This document shows, piece by piece, positions 51,408 to 64,000 of a stretch of 64,000 bases of DNA (position 1 is the stretch's first letter; every line of letters begins with the position of its first letter). Where the stretch lies: positions 66,981-130,980 of the forward strand of contig ADNK01001014.1 of assembly GCA_000320545.1 (NCBI GenBank), read 5' to 3'. The stretch comes from Bigelowiella natans CCMP2755. Its lineage: Eukaryota > Protista > Cercozoa. The position numbers and the translations under genes were made by a program. Below the pieces are notes generated by a model. The model was given only the letters and a program-made list of their open reading frames with translations, was not told the DNA's origin and did no database searches.

Positions 51408-52401
51408 CTCCCCCCCCTCTCCCTCTCCCTCTCCCTATCGCAGGCTTCTGTCACAGGAGAGTTCGCTCCTGTCCTGGTATGTATTTGTAGTAATGTGTGC
51501 TGCAGAAGAAAGATGGTGATCGTGAGACGCATTTTAATGACGACAGCGTGCAAAGAGATTAGGACGTATAATTACTATGCGGATATCATGAATATTTACG
51601 ATGTAACACTGCTCCTTGTTCCTTTTCTCTTCCTCCTCCTCCTCCTCCTTTATCCTCTTCGTCGCCATCCTCTTCTTCGTCTCCTGTTGTTATTTAGGAT
51701 GTGCTATACGCTTTGATCGCTGCTAGCACTGTCGCCAGGCTAGAAGAAAGGCAGGTGTGGTGATGAGATGACAGAGTGCAATATCGTTGGTAGTGGTGGT
51801 AGTTGGTGATGGCAGAGACTAAGAAAAAGAAAAAGAACAAGAAGAAGAAAAAGAAGAAGAAGAAGAAGAAGAAGAAGAAGAAGAAGGAAAATGACCTCTA
51901 GTTGTCTTATTTGCAAGCGATTTGGTTATAGTCGTTAGCGTTGTGTTCAAAACGACGACGGCATTCTGTTCTTAGTACACACTGCAATCGTTAGTCTTAT
52001 TATTACTTGAAAATATGGCTTGCTTGAGAACGCTGCTGCTGCTGTTGTATCTTTGAAGGATGTTATTCAAGACACAGCATTGCAGGAGCTATGCCAGCTG
52101 AGAGTCCTCGTTTGGTAGTAGTTGTAGTAGTAGTAGTATTAGTGGTGATGGTGGTGGTGGTGGTGATGTTGTGTGTTGGTGCTAATTAGCGGGGATTTGA
52201 AGAAGAAGAAAAAGAAGATAGTCCTGTTTCCAATATCTCGCTCAATTGAGAGGGAGGCGGAGTAAAACGGTAAACTTACATCCATCCCCCCCCCCGTGCT
52301 ATGTCGTCCTTTGTAGGTTACTGATCGAGCTCATAGCGGAGACAGAGGGGGAACAGAGGCTGCAGTGCCTTGAAGCAATGACAGCTCTTTGGCGGTTGGT
52401 A

Positions 52402-52438
<37 letters not shown>

Positions 52439-52567
52439 CTATTATACATATGTATAAATATATACTATGTCGTATTTCAGCTCGTCAGTGTTGCCTAATG
52501 ATGATCACGGTGATTGTCACGGAGTTATATTGATATCATCGAGAATTATAATCATCATCATCATCAC

Positions 52568-52599
<32 letters not shown>

Positions 52600-53744
52600 G
52601 TTGTATCATCACTCTTTGCACCACTACTGACTCCTTTGCCCTCCCTTTTGGTAGTGATAGAAATGATTTTTGCGATGACGTGTCCTGTCGGTCTTATATC
52701 ATGCTTTCAAACCTCTACTACTCAGCTACACGGACATGTTGGTGTTCTCCAGCAGAGCAGATGAGCTGGTCATCATACACAGCATGAGAAGAACGACGCA
52801 AATCACCTCCTTCCCCGTGTCACACACGTTAGCCTGCACCTTTACACGTGCTGCAACCTGCCAAAGCCAAGGCCCCATCATGTGTGTAGTAGCTCCAACG
52901 TTCTCATCGTATTGATGTGTATGTGTTGTTCGTGTTGTTTGTTAATGATGCTGCCAGGACCAAGTGCTTTATCAAGACTTGATTCACTCCACATATCGCT
53001 CGCTCTTCACCCTGCAGGTTACTCTGCGTGTAGTGCTACGTCGTAGTGGAACGCTTAAGCGGCGGTGATGATGGATGATGATGATGGATGATGATGATGA
53101 TGGATGATGATGATGATGATGATTATGGTGATGATAGTAGTAGCGATGTTAAGGATGATGGTGGTGAGGATGGGTGCTAACAGGCAACGACCGATGAAAT
53201 GGCATCTGAGTGCCAAACGGACAACTCTCTTTCTACGTGTGATAGCTTAAGACGAGTAAAGGTAGCAATAGGAAGAAGAGGAAGAAGAAGAAGATGATGA
53301 GGAAGTGTTGCGATAGTTAACTTCATTTGAATCATATCGGAGTATCATGGGAGGGAAACAAATTGAGCTCTAATTACTAGCACAATGTTGCTTCTCCTAC
53401 CCTCCTCTGCTCTTTCCCCTCCCCAGCAAGCACAGAGGGTTCAACGCGCAGCATCAGAGGTAAATTACTACTTATGCCACGCCGTACACACGAATAATGT
53501 ACATGCGCTCTCCTATTCAAATTTGGGGTTTTTGGATTGTTTTCCCCACCTCCTCCTTCTTCTTCTTCTTCTTCTTCTTCTTCTTCTTCTTCTTCTATTA
53601 CGTCATCATCATCACCATCATTGTCATCATCATCGTCATCATCATCGTCATCACCTATCCTTTTAACATAATAACTTTGCGGCGGTGCAGGCGGAGAGAC
53701 ACGTCGAGTCCCTTCTTTCGCTTCGCACACAGAGACTTAACACG

Positions 53745-53775
<31 letters not shown>

Positions 53776-54647
53776 CAGTAGTAGCATCAGCATCAGTAGT
53801 AATGATGAAGGAAAAAAGGGGGAGGAAGGGATGTTCAGGTGTCGTGCTCTTTGTCATCTTCCAACTCTAAGTCACCGTAGCGATGATGGTGATTATGTTC
53901 CATTGGTGATGTGAAATCAGGAGGGAGAAGGAGTTCCACCTGCAATATTCACTATCTTGGATTCACTCTCAGTAATAAATAATAGTGCGCTCGTCTAGGA
54001 TATGAGACATAAATAGAGATGAAGAGAGATTTGGTGGTATTATAATGGTAGTGATGATGTAGTTGTTGGTGGTGGTGATGGTGATGATGATGATGATAAT
54101 GATGACGATGATAGTTGTGATAATCTCACCCTAATCTATTCTTCTTTCTGTACGAAATAGGTATACATCCTGGTCTCATACGTGGTGTTATCTTCTGCCC
54201 GGAGCCTCGAGCCTATAGCTGGCTGTAAGATAAAAATCTCCACGACGACGACTAATACTACTAGTAGTAGTAGTAGGAGTAGCCACTATGTAGTTCTGTA
54301 CTGCTGCAAAATGTGCTCCATCACCATCATCATCATCATCATCATCATTATCATCATTCTGTCATCTTTTCAGTCAATGAAGTTGACCTTCCTTGGAGCA
54401 TAAGCAGTAGTGGTAGTAGTCTCCACAGCGTTGGGAGTATCTCTGGAATGATGGTCAATACTGCAAATGCTGTTGCTTCTTCCCCCTCCATTGCTGCACT
54501 GACTTCAAAGTGGCATTTGGATATTGAGGTCACAACATGTACACATTCTCTTTCTCTCTCTCTCTCTCTCTATTTCCTCCTTTTTATTTTCTTTGAGCGC
54601 GCGCGCGTGCGTGTGCAGTAACTCCGTATGCTGGCATGTATAATCAT

Positions 54648-54678
<31 letters not shown>

Positions 54679-54964
54679 AACACACACGCGCGCGCGCGCG
54701 CGTATCTCTCAACCTTAATCTTCCATGAAGGTGCCATTGAGAAGAATAAAATGCTCTTTTCCTATTGACAGGCGTTGTTGTTCGCCGTATTAGCATCGAT
54801 GCTGCTTGTCGTGAGGACCCTATACCGAGACTTAGACAGGTGTCGGGGAGTAAGAAGAAGGAGGGGGGGGGGAGATTAGCGTGACATTCATATGAGCACA
54901 GCATACCATAAGCATACAACGTTGGATAGATTTGATGGATTTCTCAATTCTACTATTCTAGAGT

Positions 54965-55008
<44 letters not shown>

Positions 55009-55654
55009 AAATATATATGTATATATGTCCACATGAGTAGCGTATCCTCGCAAAAGCACATGGTGTACTTTGTAGATTGATGTTATATATCTCTGCTGAC
55101 TGACTGACTGAGCATCTGAATGCAGGCCCTTCCGTGGACATGCGCAAATACGCCGGACGGTGATAAAATCGCCAAATAAAAGCAAAGTTTCCAATGATGC
55201 ATTCTTGTTATTGTTATCATTATGCTCTCCGCATATGTTTCCTATGATGGACTGGTGCAATGTTGCTACTAATTGCTTTTAACTTCGATTCTATTAATCA
55301 GCAATAGTACTATTATCAATAAAAAACGAACAAACTTGCTGTAGGTAACATCCAATTCGATACGTGCAATTCGTAAGGACATCGAGCAGGTCCCCTCCAT
55401 ATGTTTTTTTTTTTACTTTACATGAATAGATTTGTGCTTGTACCATATCCACATGGAAAGGCTCTTCTGAGCGAAGAAATGGAGAGTATAGCAGGATATC
55501 TACAAGGATGCTCGGAGAGGCAGGTAACTGTAGGAGAATTTTCCTTTTCTTAAGGTTTGTTACTAGCGTCTCGCTAGTGTGTAATGTCCTCTTACAACTG
55601 AGCGACGTTGTGCGATGTGCGCGTCGTTGAACTGCTTGCGTAGGCGAAGACTAG
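49158..55654 (+). CDS. DUF4239/bestrophin-like membrane protein, probable organelle-targeting leader, many exons
   Basis: Spliced exons: FAPVL|DVLYALIAASTVARLEERQ|DVIQDTALQE; AERHVESLLSLRTQRLNT|EGEGVPPAIFTIL; ALLFAVLASMLLVVRTLYRDLDR|PFRGHAQIR (DLDxPFxG signature). Both ends approximate. Confidence 0.68.
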
Positions 55655-56543
55655 GGCCACCAGAGTAGTAGAACAAAAATGGGATGCAATGAGCGGAGAT
55701 GAATGAGGAAAAAACGGTCGGGTTGCATTCAAATTGAGCGGGAGCCGCACGTACTGTTCCATTTACACCATTAAATAGAAGCAAAGCTAGAAAGCAAGCG
55801 GGCGGCAAGTCAGCGTCAATTGTGATGTTGGAGTGGCAGCGGCTTAGCATTACATCATGTCATCTCGCCTGCTTTGTGTGACTTCCATCAAAACAATAAG
55901 CAGAATGAATGTGCGCACGTGATCGAACAGTATGCGTGCACAAGACAGGAAGACAATTCATTGTGCTTTTTCGAAGCATGCAACCCAATGAGCATGTCTT
56001 GGACGCACACACGTTTGCTTTGACAGGCAGGCTGTGCGCGCCTACAAACTTTTGTAGGCGTGCATCTTGATGTGACGAAACGGCGCAAATGGCTAAAATG
56101 CATGAGGGGCGACCGCGCAGGCTGGAGACATTCTTCTTCTTGAACCTACATTGTGTCTGCTTTTGCACAAGAGATCTAGATGTGGTTGCCGTCGCGTCTA
56201 AGCTCTGCATTGCGCACTCTTTGTGAACGAACTGCAACTTGAAAATGCTTATTGGACATGCTGCAGTCAATTTTACACACACAGAGGTACATACTTAAAA
56301 CAAAACATGGGGAGCACGACTCCTCCTGGATCGAGCGGTACATCGCCAACAAAATCATCGTAGTAGGCTAACAAAGCATCATGGATACCAGTCCAATACC
56401 GGATATCATTGCTAATTCAATCGCATTACTACAATACGCACTCGAGTCAGCCAAAACAATTGAGGCGGAAGTACGATGAGCCATTGGATCGATTAAGGGA
56501 AATAATGAGGAGGAGGAGGAGAAAGAGGAGTAGGATAAAAAAT

Positions 56544-56575
<32 letters not shown>

Positions 56576-56635
56576 AATGATGATTCCATGCGTGGTCGCT
56601 GTTCAATTGAGTCGATCTTTGTCATCGTAGTCGTA

Positions 56636-57249
56636 CTACGTGCCCTCCTCGTCCTTATGCACCTTTTGATTGCCATGGTAATGTTGATGTGACGCTGGTG
56701 GTAGATGACAGGGTTCATTCGTTCTTCTCACGTAGCTACGATGAGTGGCCATGCGGCTTCTCGATCCCTTGTTTTCTTTCTTGAAAAAGGGAAACACCTT
56801 TTGTTATTCTGGTGGTTGGTGGTGGTTAGGTTCTTACGAAGAAAGCAGCACTGACGATGATGTACGCGACGACCAGCATCGCGCCCTTGAGGTAGTTAGA
56901 CTCTCCATCCCCCACAAGGAATCCCACGGCGAGTGTAGACACAAGCACTACCGCTGTCGATCAGAAGAGGGGGAAGGGCAGCAGCAGATGAATCAACGCA
57001 TTTAAAGGCAGACCGATTAAAATGCAGCGATCCGTGGGTGTTTCACCCATGCAGTAGTAGTGGTAGTAATAGTAATAGTAGTTGGGGTGATAGTAGCAGT
57101 AGTAGTAGTAGGCGCAAATATATATGAAAATAAAGGGAAAATATGAAATATGTGTATAATATATAAATACACACACGTCGTCGGCTTTCTCAAATAAATG
57201 GGTCGCATGCTCCATTGTTCTCTTCCTCTTGGTACTAATGTTGTTATTA

Positions 57250-57284
<35 letters not shown>

Positions 57285-57409
57285 AATACGATAACTATGA
57301 TGCAGGGAACACTGTGTCGTTCTTCGTAGTAGTGCCTGTTTCAAAGACGTGAAAATCGAGGGACAATCGCTTGCCCATCATCCATGCAACGATCACTGCG
57401 ACCTAGAGA

Positions 57410-57448
<39 letters not shown>

Positions 57449-57485
57449 AAGATGAAGAAGAAGAAGATGGGGTCCGCACACACAT

Positions 57486-57518
<33 letters not shown>

Positions 57519-59807
57519 GAGCAAGCATCACGTGCAAACAATTTATGCTGTTAGTTCCAATCGCAGCAGCAGCAGCTTTAGCTTTGAAACGGGATCTTAC
57601 ACATCATCTATCCATCTTCATCAAAAACAGGAAGAATGTGGTTCTCCTTCTTCTCCTCCTCCTCCTCCTCCTCCTCCTCCTCGGTTAAACTACATATACC
57701 GGCACTCCAAAAAGGGCGATTTGAACCGCAGAGCCAAAGGCAATGCCAAGTGACAGCTCCATTTTCCCCTTCATCGCCACGATCACAGCCGATGCGTGCT
57801 CCGCTATTATGATGATGATTTGATGATAATTTGATGATGATTTGATGTAATAGGGAAAAACTAAAGGTAAAATGAGACTAAAGTACTCTTCTTCTTCTTC
57901 TTCTTCTTCTTCTTCTTCTTCTTGTTCTTCTTCTTATGATATCCACCTGCATTACCAACGATTGGGATGACAATCACACCTATGAACACCTGAGCAAGGA
58001 CATGTTGTTAAACGGGACGATCATTACAGTAAAAACACCGATTTGAATATCATTGACACACACACACACACACATCCCCGCACTCACTGTGCAAAACAAG
58101 ACATAGAAATGAAGAAGAAGAAGAAGAAGAAGAAGAAGAAGAAGAAACAGAAACCACACAACATTGCAAAGATATTCGCGAAAGAAGGAGATCAGTGTCT
58201 CCGTAAAGCTTGATGGTAGATCGTTAGTAGTATCATCATTATCATTGTTAGTTCAACAGTATTCGTTACTATTGTTGTTTCTGCATCAGGACAGCAATCT
58301 TCTCTTTAAAGCTGCTTACTTTTGGCACATTCCACGCCGCAGCAGAGCCCTCGATCGATCCCACCAACAGCTCCGAAAAGAACGATATTAACGCCTGACA
58401 GTGGGGGTCAGAGTGCAGATTGACAAGCGATTAAGGCACAACCAAAAGAAAGCGTTCGTAGCGATGATAAGTGATTCTTATTACATGTATAGATCGGAAC
58501 ACTATCACACACACACACACACACACACGACGACGAAGCCTGTCTTCCATGCATTTACCGTATCTATTGCAAGCCATATGATGGCCTCTTTTAACGTTAG
58601 AATTTGCTCCTCTTCCTCCTCGTCGTCGTTCTCTTCATCCTTTGTTGAAAACAAGGCGGCAAACATCCTCATCATGATTATCATCATCATCACCCTCCCA
58701 TCACCACCGCCACCGCTACTACTACTAGCACCACCACCCCAACACGGACAAGAGCAGAGCGTAACTGCTATTCCCCCCTCTCTCATCAATACACGCGGCG
58801 GACAACACACACGCGCCATAACCTCGAGCAGCAGGTGTCGATGCGTCTTGATCTGAAAGTACATAAGCAACCCGTACACTCCCAAGAGCAGCATGGCGGT
58901 GAAACGAGAGAAGGAGAGCACTGATGCCGCGGAGCGCTCCTCGTCAGCAGCATCTAATGCTGCAGGCAGTAGCATGGCCATGGTGGAGACCATAAGCAGC
59001 CCTGAGTTCGTCGTGGCCATCTGTGTGTTGAATTTCTGGGAGCTGTGGCGTAACCCTCCAAGCAAAAAGGCACTTCCCAGCACCAGCAAGCAGTTGGAGA
59101 GAATGGACCCCAGCAACGACACCTGTACAATCCGCATCATGTCCTTTCGGAGGGCCAGGATAGAGATGATGAGTTCTGTCAGATTCCCTGAAGAATAACA
59201 ACAACAAGGAAGAAGAGGAGGAGGAGGAAGAAGCATGTAAGATCGCTGCGTTGTTGGTTGTCTTCCCGTAGTTCGGGTAAATGATGTTATTTTGGGTGAT
59301 AACAGCGGTAATTTATCATCATTATAATCATTATCACCATTATAATTATCATCACCATCAGTGTTATTATTAATAATTATTATATTAACCAAAAGTTGCA
59401 TTGAGCAAGCCTCCGATTGCATCGTTGGTGTATAGAGCAACTTGTTCCGTGAATAGGCCCTACCATCATCATCATCATCGTCAAAAATTATCGTTATCAA
59501 CAACATTATCATAGGGAAGGATAGGAAGGAGAGGGACGGATTCTATAATGATACACTGCAATGTAACGAGCACGACGATGTCGTTTCAACGGTTATGGGT
59601 GATAAATGATAAGTCCTTATCGAGTTATCATCAGTTTTTGTGTCTTTAACCCCGGTGTGATAGGCGTTATGTGTGGATTGGTAGAATCCTCCTCCTCGCC
59701 ATTCATAAACTAAATACTATTGTTCTAAGATCGAGACGAGCAACCAACCAGCAGTTGCGCTTGTGGAATAAGAGCTAGGAGGGAGAAGAGAAATGTGGGA
59801 CCTGACA

Positions 59808-59848
<41 letters not shown>

Positions 59849-59900
59849 AGAGACAACGTAGTAGCATAGAGGCAGTAGTGATGATGGACGACGGATTCAG

Positions 59901-59951
<51 letters not shown>

Positions 59952-60913
59952 CAAAATGCAAGAAGTGAAGAAGTTCTTTGCTCTGCCATCTAGCCTTCCC
60001 CCCCCTGCACAACGAACGCATCATTACCGTCTCCAAAGTTGGCAAAGTAGGATATAATCGCCAACGGCATAGCTAGTAGGAGCCAGTTTATGCGACTATA
60101 TCCGATCACACGCTGATAACGATGATGATGATGATGATGATGATGATGACGATGATGATGATGGCTAAAAAATGGAAACGCGATATGATTAGATATGCAA
60201 ATGAAGATGTTTGGTGGACAATGTCTCAGTCAACAAGAAGATATATAATTACGTTAGTCTGAAGGAATGTGAAGGATGAATTCGTACAACATCCTTCTGA
60301 CGATGCTTGATCTGAGGGAGAAAGGCCTCTTTCGTTCGTTCGGTCTACGATGCTCTTTATCTCCCTCCCATTAGGAGTGCGGATTATATGGCTGCCATCG
60401 TAAACCACAACGTCCTCTTCCTCCTCATCGTCACTTGGCACCACTGTCACTATAGTGGTTGGGGAGGGAGAGGGGGAGGGGGGGGAGGAGGGGGAACAGA
60501 CGATGAAAGAACAGGGGGAGATAGAAAGGGAGGATGGAAAAGAAGCAAGGGTATTGGAAATAAGGAAGGGCGACTATAAGATAAATGGGGTGGTAAGATT
60601 TAGGCATGTGGTAGCGCACTCTAAATGGCGTGTATTAGATATTCTTGGATCAGTTAGAGAATCGAGATTTTAAAGGAAGAAGAGGGTGATGGTAAGGCCT
60701 AGTGCAGTCCAGAATGAAACAGGAATGCTGCAGACCATACAATGTTTTAACTATACTATCGACATTATCCAGTTGCCCTTAATATGCTGCAAGATCTCTT
60801 GTTTTTTTTCGTCATCACATATTTTTTCTCAGTCATAGAAAGCGACAAAAGATTCTCATACTCATCTTCATCTCGCCGCGCCGGACATGTCTTTTCATCT
60901 CGAGAGACGACAT
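56636..60913 (-). CDS. CAX: Ca2+/H+ antiporter (CAX family)
   Basis: [43 protein letters not shown]|[32 protein letters not shown]|[30 protein letters not shown]...FF|VHKDEEGT*. Start approximate. Confidence 0.93.
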
Positions 60914-61265
60914 CACGCCTCAGTCTTCTTTGTTAATTCTGTCACAATGACCAGCACACATCAAAGAGGGGAACTGCACATCGTGAATTTCGAGGCATTA
61001 CACGCCCATAAGTTGGTGTAGCATCTCACCCCCCTCATTCTTTCCCCTCTTCCTCATTCGAACACTCAAAGCCATTATAGCAGAATATAGAAGAACGTTC
61101 AAGCAGTAGCAAACTGCCTCTGTCTACCAGTTTTCTCCACCTCCTTCTTTCTAAAAACAACGAATTCTCATGCAGTTGGCTTACTTCTCTCGGACAGGTA
61201 TGCACTTGATGAATCCTGTTCTTCTCGATCGTCCTTTACCTCTCCCACTTTTCTCTCCTGCTTTT

Positions 61266-61303
<38 letters not shown>

Positions 61304-61615
61304 TAACAGGGCGGGCAATAACTTCCAAGCGAGCGCCAATGAGTTTCTACTTTTCGCATGCGACAACGAATATACTATGTCGCACCTACCAATTCAGACC
61401 ATCTTCTTTCGAAAATATCGCTTATGTCACAACGTCACATACGATGGCATCCTCGGAATGAAAGTGACCTTAACTACAGGACTTTTTGGCCATGCGACAG
61501 GTCATTTTCCTCTTGTGAGGTCTGAAGATGCTCCTGGAAAAAAGGAAAAAACCTGGCATTCTTCGAGGAAAAAGCTTGGGTTTTGGGCACTGCGACAACT
61601 GTTTTATCTGCAGAA

Positions 61616-64000
61616 ATGATGGCGGCGCGTTCGAGCCGTGGCCGCCCCCAGGCTCCGATCCGGGTATGGGAGCGAATGTAGCTAGGGTCCAAGCTCCTCA
61701 TTTCTTGCGCGACTACGAATACAAGCCAATACAACAAGATCATGAAATTTAAAGCTCGTGCCATAGCGCGTCATTTTGGTTCTTATCACCAGTATTGCCT
61801 GTTGCTAGGTCGGAGCCTCGTTCATGATCAGTGTGTGGGGGCTGACGATGATGGGGATGATCTCTTCGGTACACGGCCACGTTGGCAGCAGGGTATGAGT
61901 TTAAAGATATAGATAGATAGATGGATAGATAGGTAGCTAGAGTCATCCACCAGCGATATCACAGCAATATGTGCTTTCTCTCCTATTTTTCTAATTTCCG
62001 CCTCCAGACGCCGACTGAAAGACCATTGCCCGGGGATGGTGAGGTCGATCAAAGCAGAAGGCTCTCCATAGAAGCTCGTCGCTCTCCAGGCAATTCAGGT
62101 GGCATTCAAATCCGAATCGCAGACCAGGTGTGGTGATCATTGATGAAGGGACCTTTGGCTCAAAACTCGCTCAAAAGGAGCATTATTTAGACCCACTTTC
62201 GTAGCTCTTTTCTTCACGAACCACTGCCTGCCCCCTTCCCTAATTTCTACCCCTTCTACCTGAAATCCGCGGGAAATTTATGGCCAGGGCGGCGATGTTG
62301 TCTCCTTGAGCGCTCATGTGTGGAGTGAAACGCCTGGTGGGTCTGAAAGCGTGAGCAGCAGGTCTCCTCCTGTGATGACGACAACTACTGCTACTACTCC
62401 TCCCGCCAACGATGACATTGGTAGCAACAGCCTCCGATAACATTAGTAGCAGATGATAGGTATCCATTTACTCATCTATCCCCCCCCCCCCCTCCCCTTA
62501 TCAGAAGGCAGGAGGGAGGACGTCGTCTGCACGTGGCAACATCCAAGCTTCCCAAGGCTGGAGGTAGGTCTACCTTATCCAGCACCTGCCGAGAGGGGGA
62601 GGAGTAGGAGGAGGATTTCCCTATGCAGAGAACAGAAGCTATGATTGATGAAACATAGTAACGAAATATGACTACCTCGGTACACACTCTCTCTCTCACT
62701 CACTCACACTACTCACATACTTGCGATGACAATTGAGCAGATCTCAAGCACCGAAAGCCCTACCACGTTGCCGCATTACAAGATGCGGAATAAAAGGTGG
62801 TCGTCATCGTCTCCTTCGCAACCGTCATCGCCTATAGCATGCGCGCACATCACACTCCGAGATGCTGCTGCTTCCGCCTTGGAGAGGAAGAGAAGAGGCA
62901 GTCTGCCATTTTCAGACCTCTGGAACTCCTTTGTCAAAACTACGCGAAGGGGGGGAGGAGGAATGATGTCGAGAAATAGTTTGGGAGGGGATGGAAAAGA
63001 GGCTAATGCACATAATGATGGAGATAAACAACAGCCGACAGCTGCTGTTAAGGCAATGTGCTTCGAGCTCTCCAGTCATGCACAAGGCACGGGGGCCCAA
63101 AAAAACGGGTCAACATTAATATTTCCGTTTACTATCATATCGTTCACGATGATTGAAGATGATAACCGGGTGTATTTATTACTTACACATCGCACACTTT
63201 CCATCTCAGTTTGTATAGCAAATGAAGCATAATTTAAACGTTGTCAACGAGAGCAATATGCATGCACGTATGCACTTGATTTTCTCTCTCCTACAACAAA
63301 TGAAACGTAGAAGTTGTGGTGTAGCTGTTTAAGATTCATTCTCCTTGAATTGAATGGTAGATTCTCGATAGCAGTAGTTTTTCAGCATCTGCAACTCAGA
63401 GGAAGATTTCAATAATCTCGCAGCTAGAAGAATTTCACAGAAAATTGTTGATCCCGGGAACACCCCCTCCCCCCACTATCTATTGTTTGGATGCATGCAG
63501 GAAGTGGTTCGGTGGGCCACAAATGCAAGTGCAGCAACTGCCAGTTAACTCAATGAACTGGTCTAATCAGCCCTTCTCTGCAGGGGACATGTAGGATGAT
63601 CAGAGAGATTGTAGCCAAAACTGCATAGATGTTGCTTTCGATATACTACATATTACCACGACAGCAGCACAGCTATCTTGTCACAGAATGAAAATCAACG
63701 TGAAGATACTATGTATCCTTCACACTGCTTATTCTTCATTTCCGGATGATTAGTGTCATTAGCCTTTGTTAAGCCCCGCATGTAGCGTACATGTATGCGC
63801 TCACGACTAGTAGCACACGTGCGTTGAGTCGGGGTAGAGATAGAATGATTTAATCACACATGCCTGTTGTTTCTAGGTATATGAGCGCCGACGAATTTGG
63901 GTATTCCTCCAGACACAAACACGGCATGACTGGATCAGAAGTGGAGAAGGAGGCAGGGGGGGGGGGGATGGGGGGGAGGAATATGCTATGACGGAGGGGT
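61616..64000 (+). CDS. Multi-exon hypothetical protein, runs off the window
   Basis: Plus-strand GT-AG pattern. MMAARSSRGRPQAPIR|VGASFMISVWGLTMMGMISSVHG signal-like start, with further plausible exons to 63950. No domain recognised. Confidence 0.4.

Larger units (their letters stand above)
9000..60200. repeat. Pervasive intronic microsatellites ((GAT)n, (TAG)n, (CTC)n, (AAC)n, (GA)n, (TA)n, (AC)n, poly-C/G)
   Basis: Visible in most introns of the long genes, e.g. 11850-11945, 18290-18320, 27690-27725, 37315-37352, 53550-53650, 57410-57515. Confidence 0.97.

Noticed and set aside
56381-56479. Small plus-strand ORF MDTSPIPDIIANSIALLQYALESAKTIEAEVR
   Set aside because: 32 codons, no motif, lies in the CAX 3' region; insufficient support.
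247-60170. Microsatellites and homopolymers seem capped at ~25-40 bp
   Set aside because: Likely short-read/k-mer collapse in the assembly; cannot be called biological without long reads.
249-63232. Dozens of short ORFs with poly-M/I/H/L/S or CVCV/ERER/YIYI runs
   Set aside because: They are translations of intronic microsatellites or antisense shadows of real exons.
1-64000. CRISPR arrays, tRNA/rRNA genes, transposase/RT or viral genes
   Set aside because: None recognised; there is no regularly spaced repeat-spacer structure and the context is eukaryotic.

Overview
Nuclear DNA of an intron-rich eukaryotic alga. Several nucleus-encoded proteins (EF-P, IMPase, DUF4239-like) carry signal-peptide + transit-peptide leaders without an ASAFAP motif, which suggests a chlorarachniophyte-like secondary-plastid alga (inference). 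Manual splicing gives about 16 genes: hypothetical(-), hypothetical(+), RPL21(-), SLC12 cation-chloride cotransporter(+), inositol monophosphatase(-), hypothetical(+), plastid EF-P(-), GNAT-flavin amine oxidase fusion(+), RPL30(-), ZNF598/Hel2(+), C2H2 factor(-), TTD14-like ATPase(+), TM-EF/SH2-BTB protein(-), DUF4239/bestrophin-like(+), CAX(-), hypothetical(+). Most ORFs in the supplied track are artefacts of intronic microsatellites. Main observations: (1) gene strand alternates at every step, and every tail-to-tail spacer has a purine/pyrimidine-alternating, palindrome-rich composition, often with short perfect hairpins; (2) these spacers hold an ~80-bp inverted-repeat family and a decayed copy of a neighbouring exon; (3) both ribosomal-protein genes share a bipartite 5' motif; (4) two unusual domain architectures (GNAT+amine oxidase; TM+EF/SH2+BTB). 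Exon boundaries were inferred by eye and gene ends are approximate.
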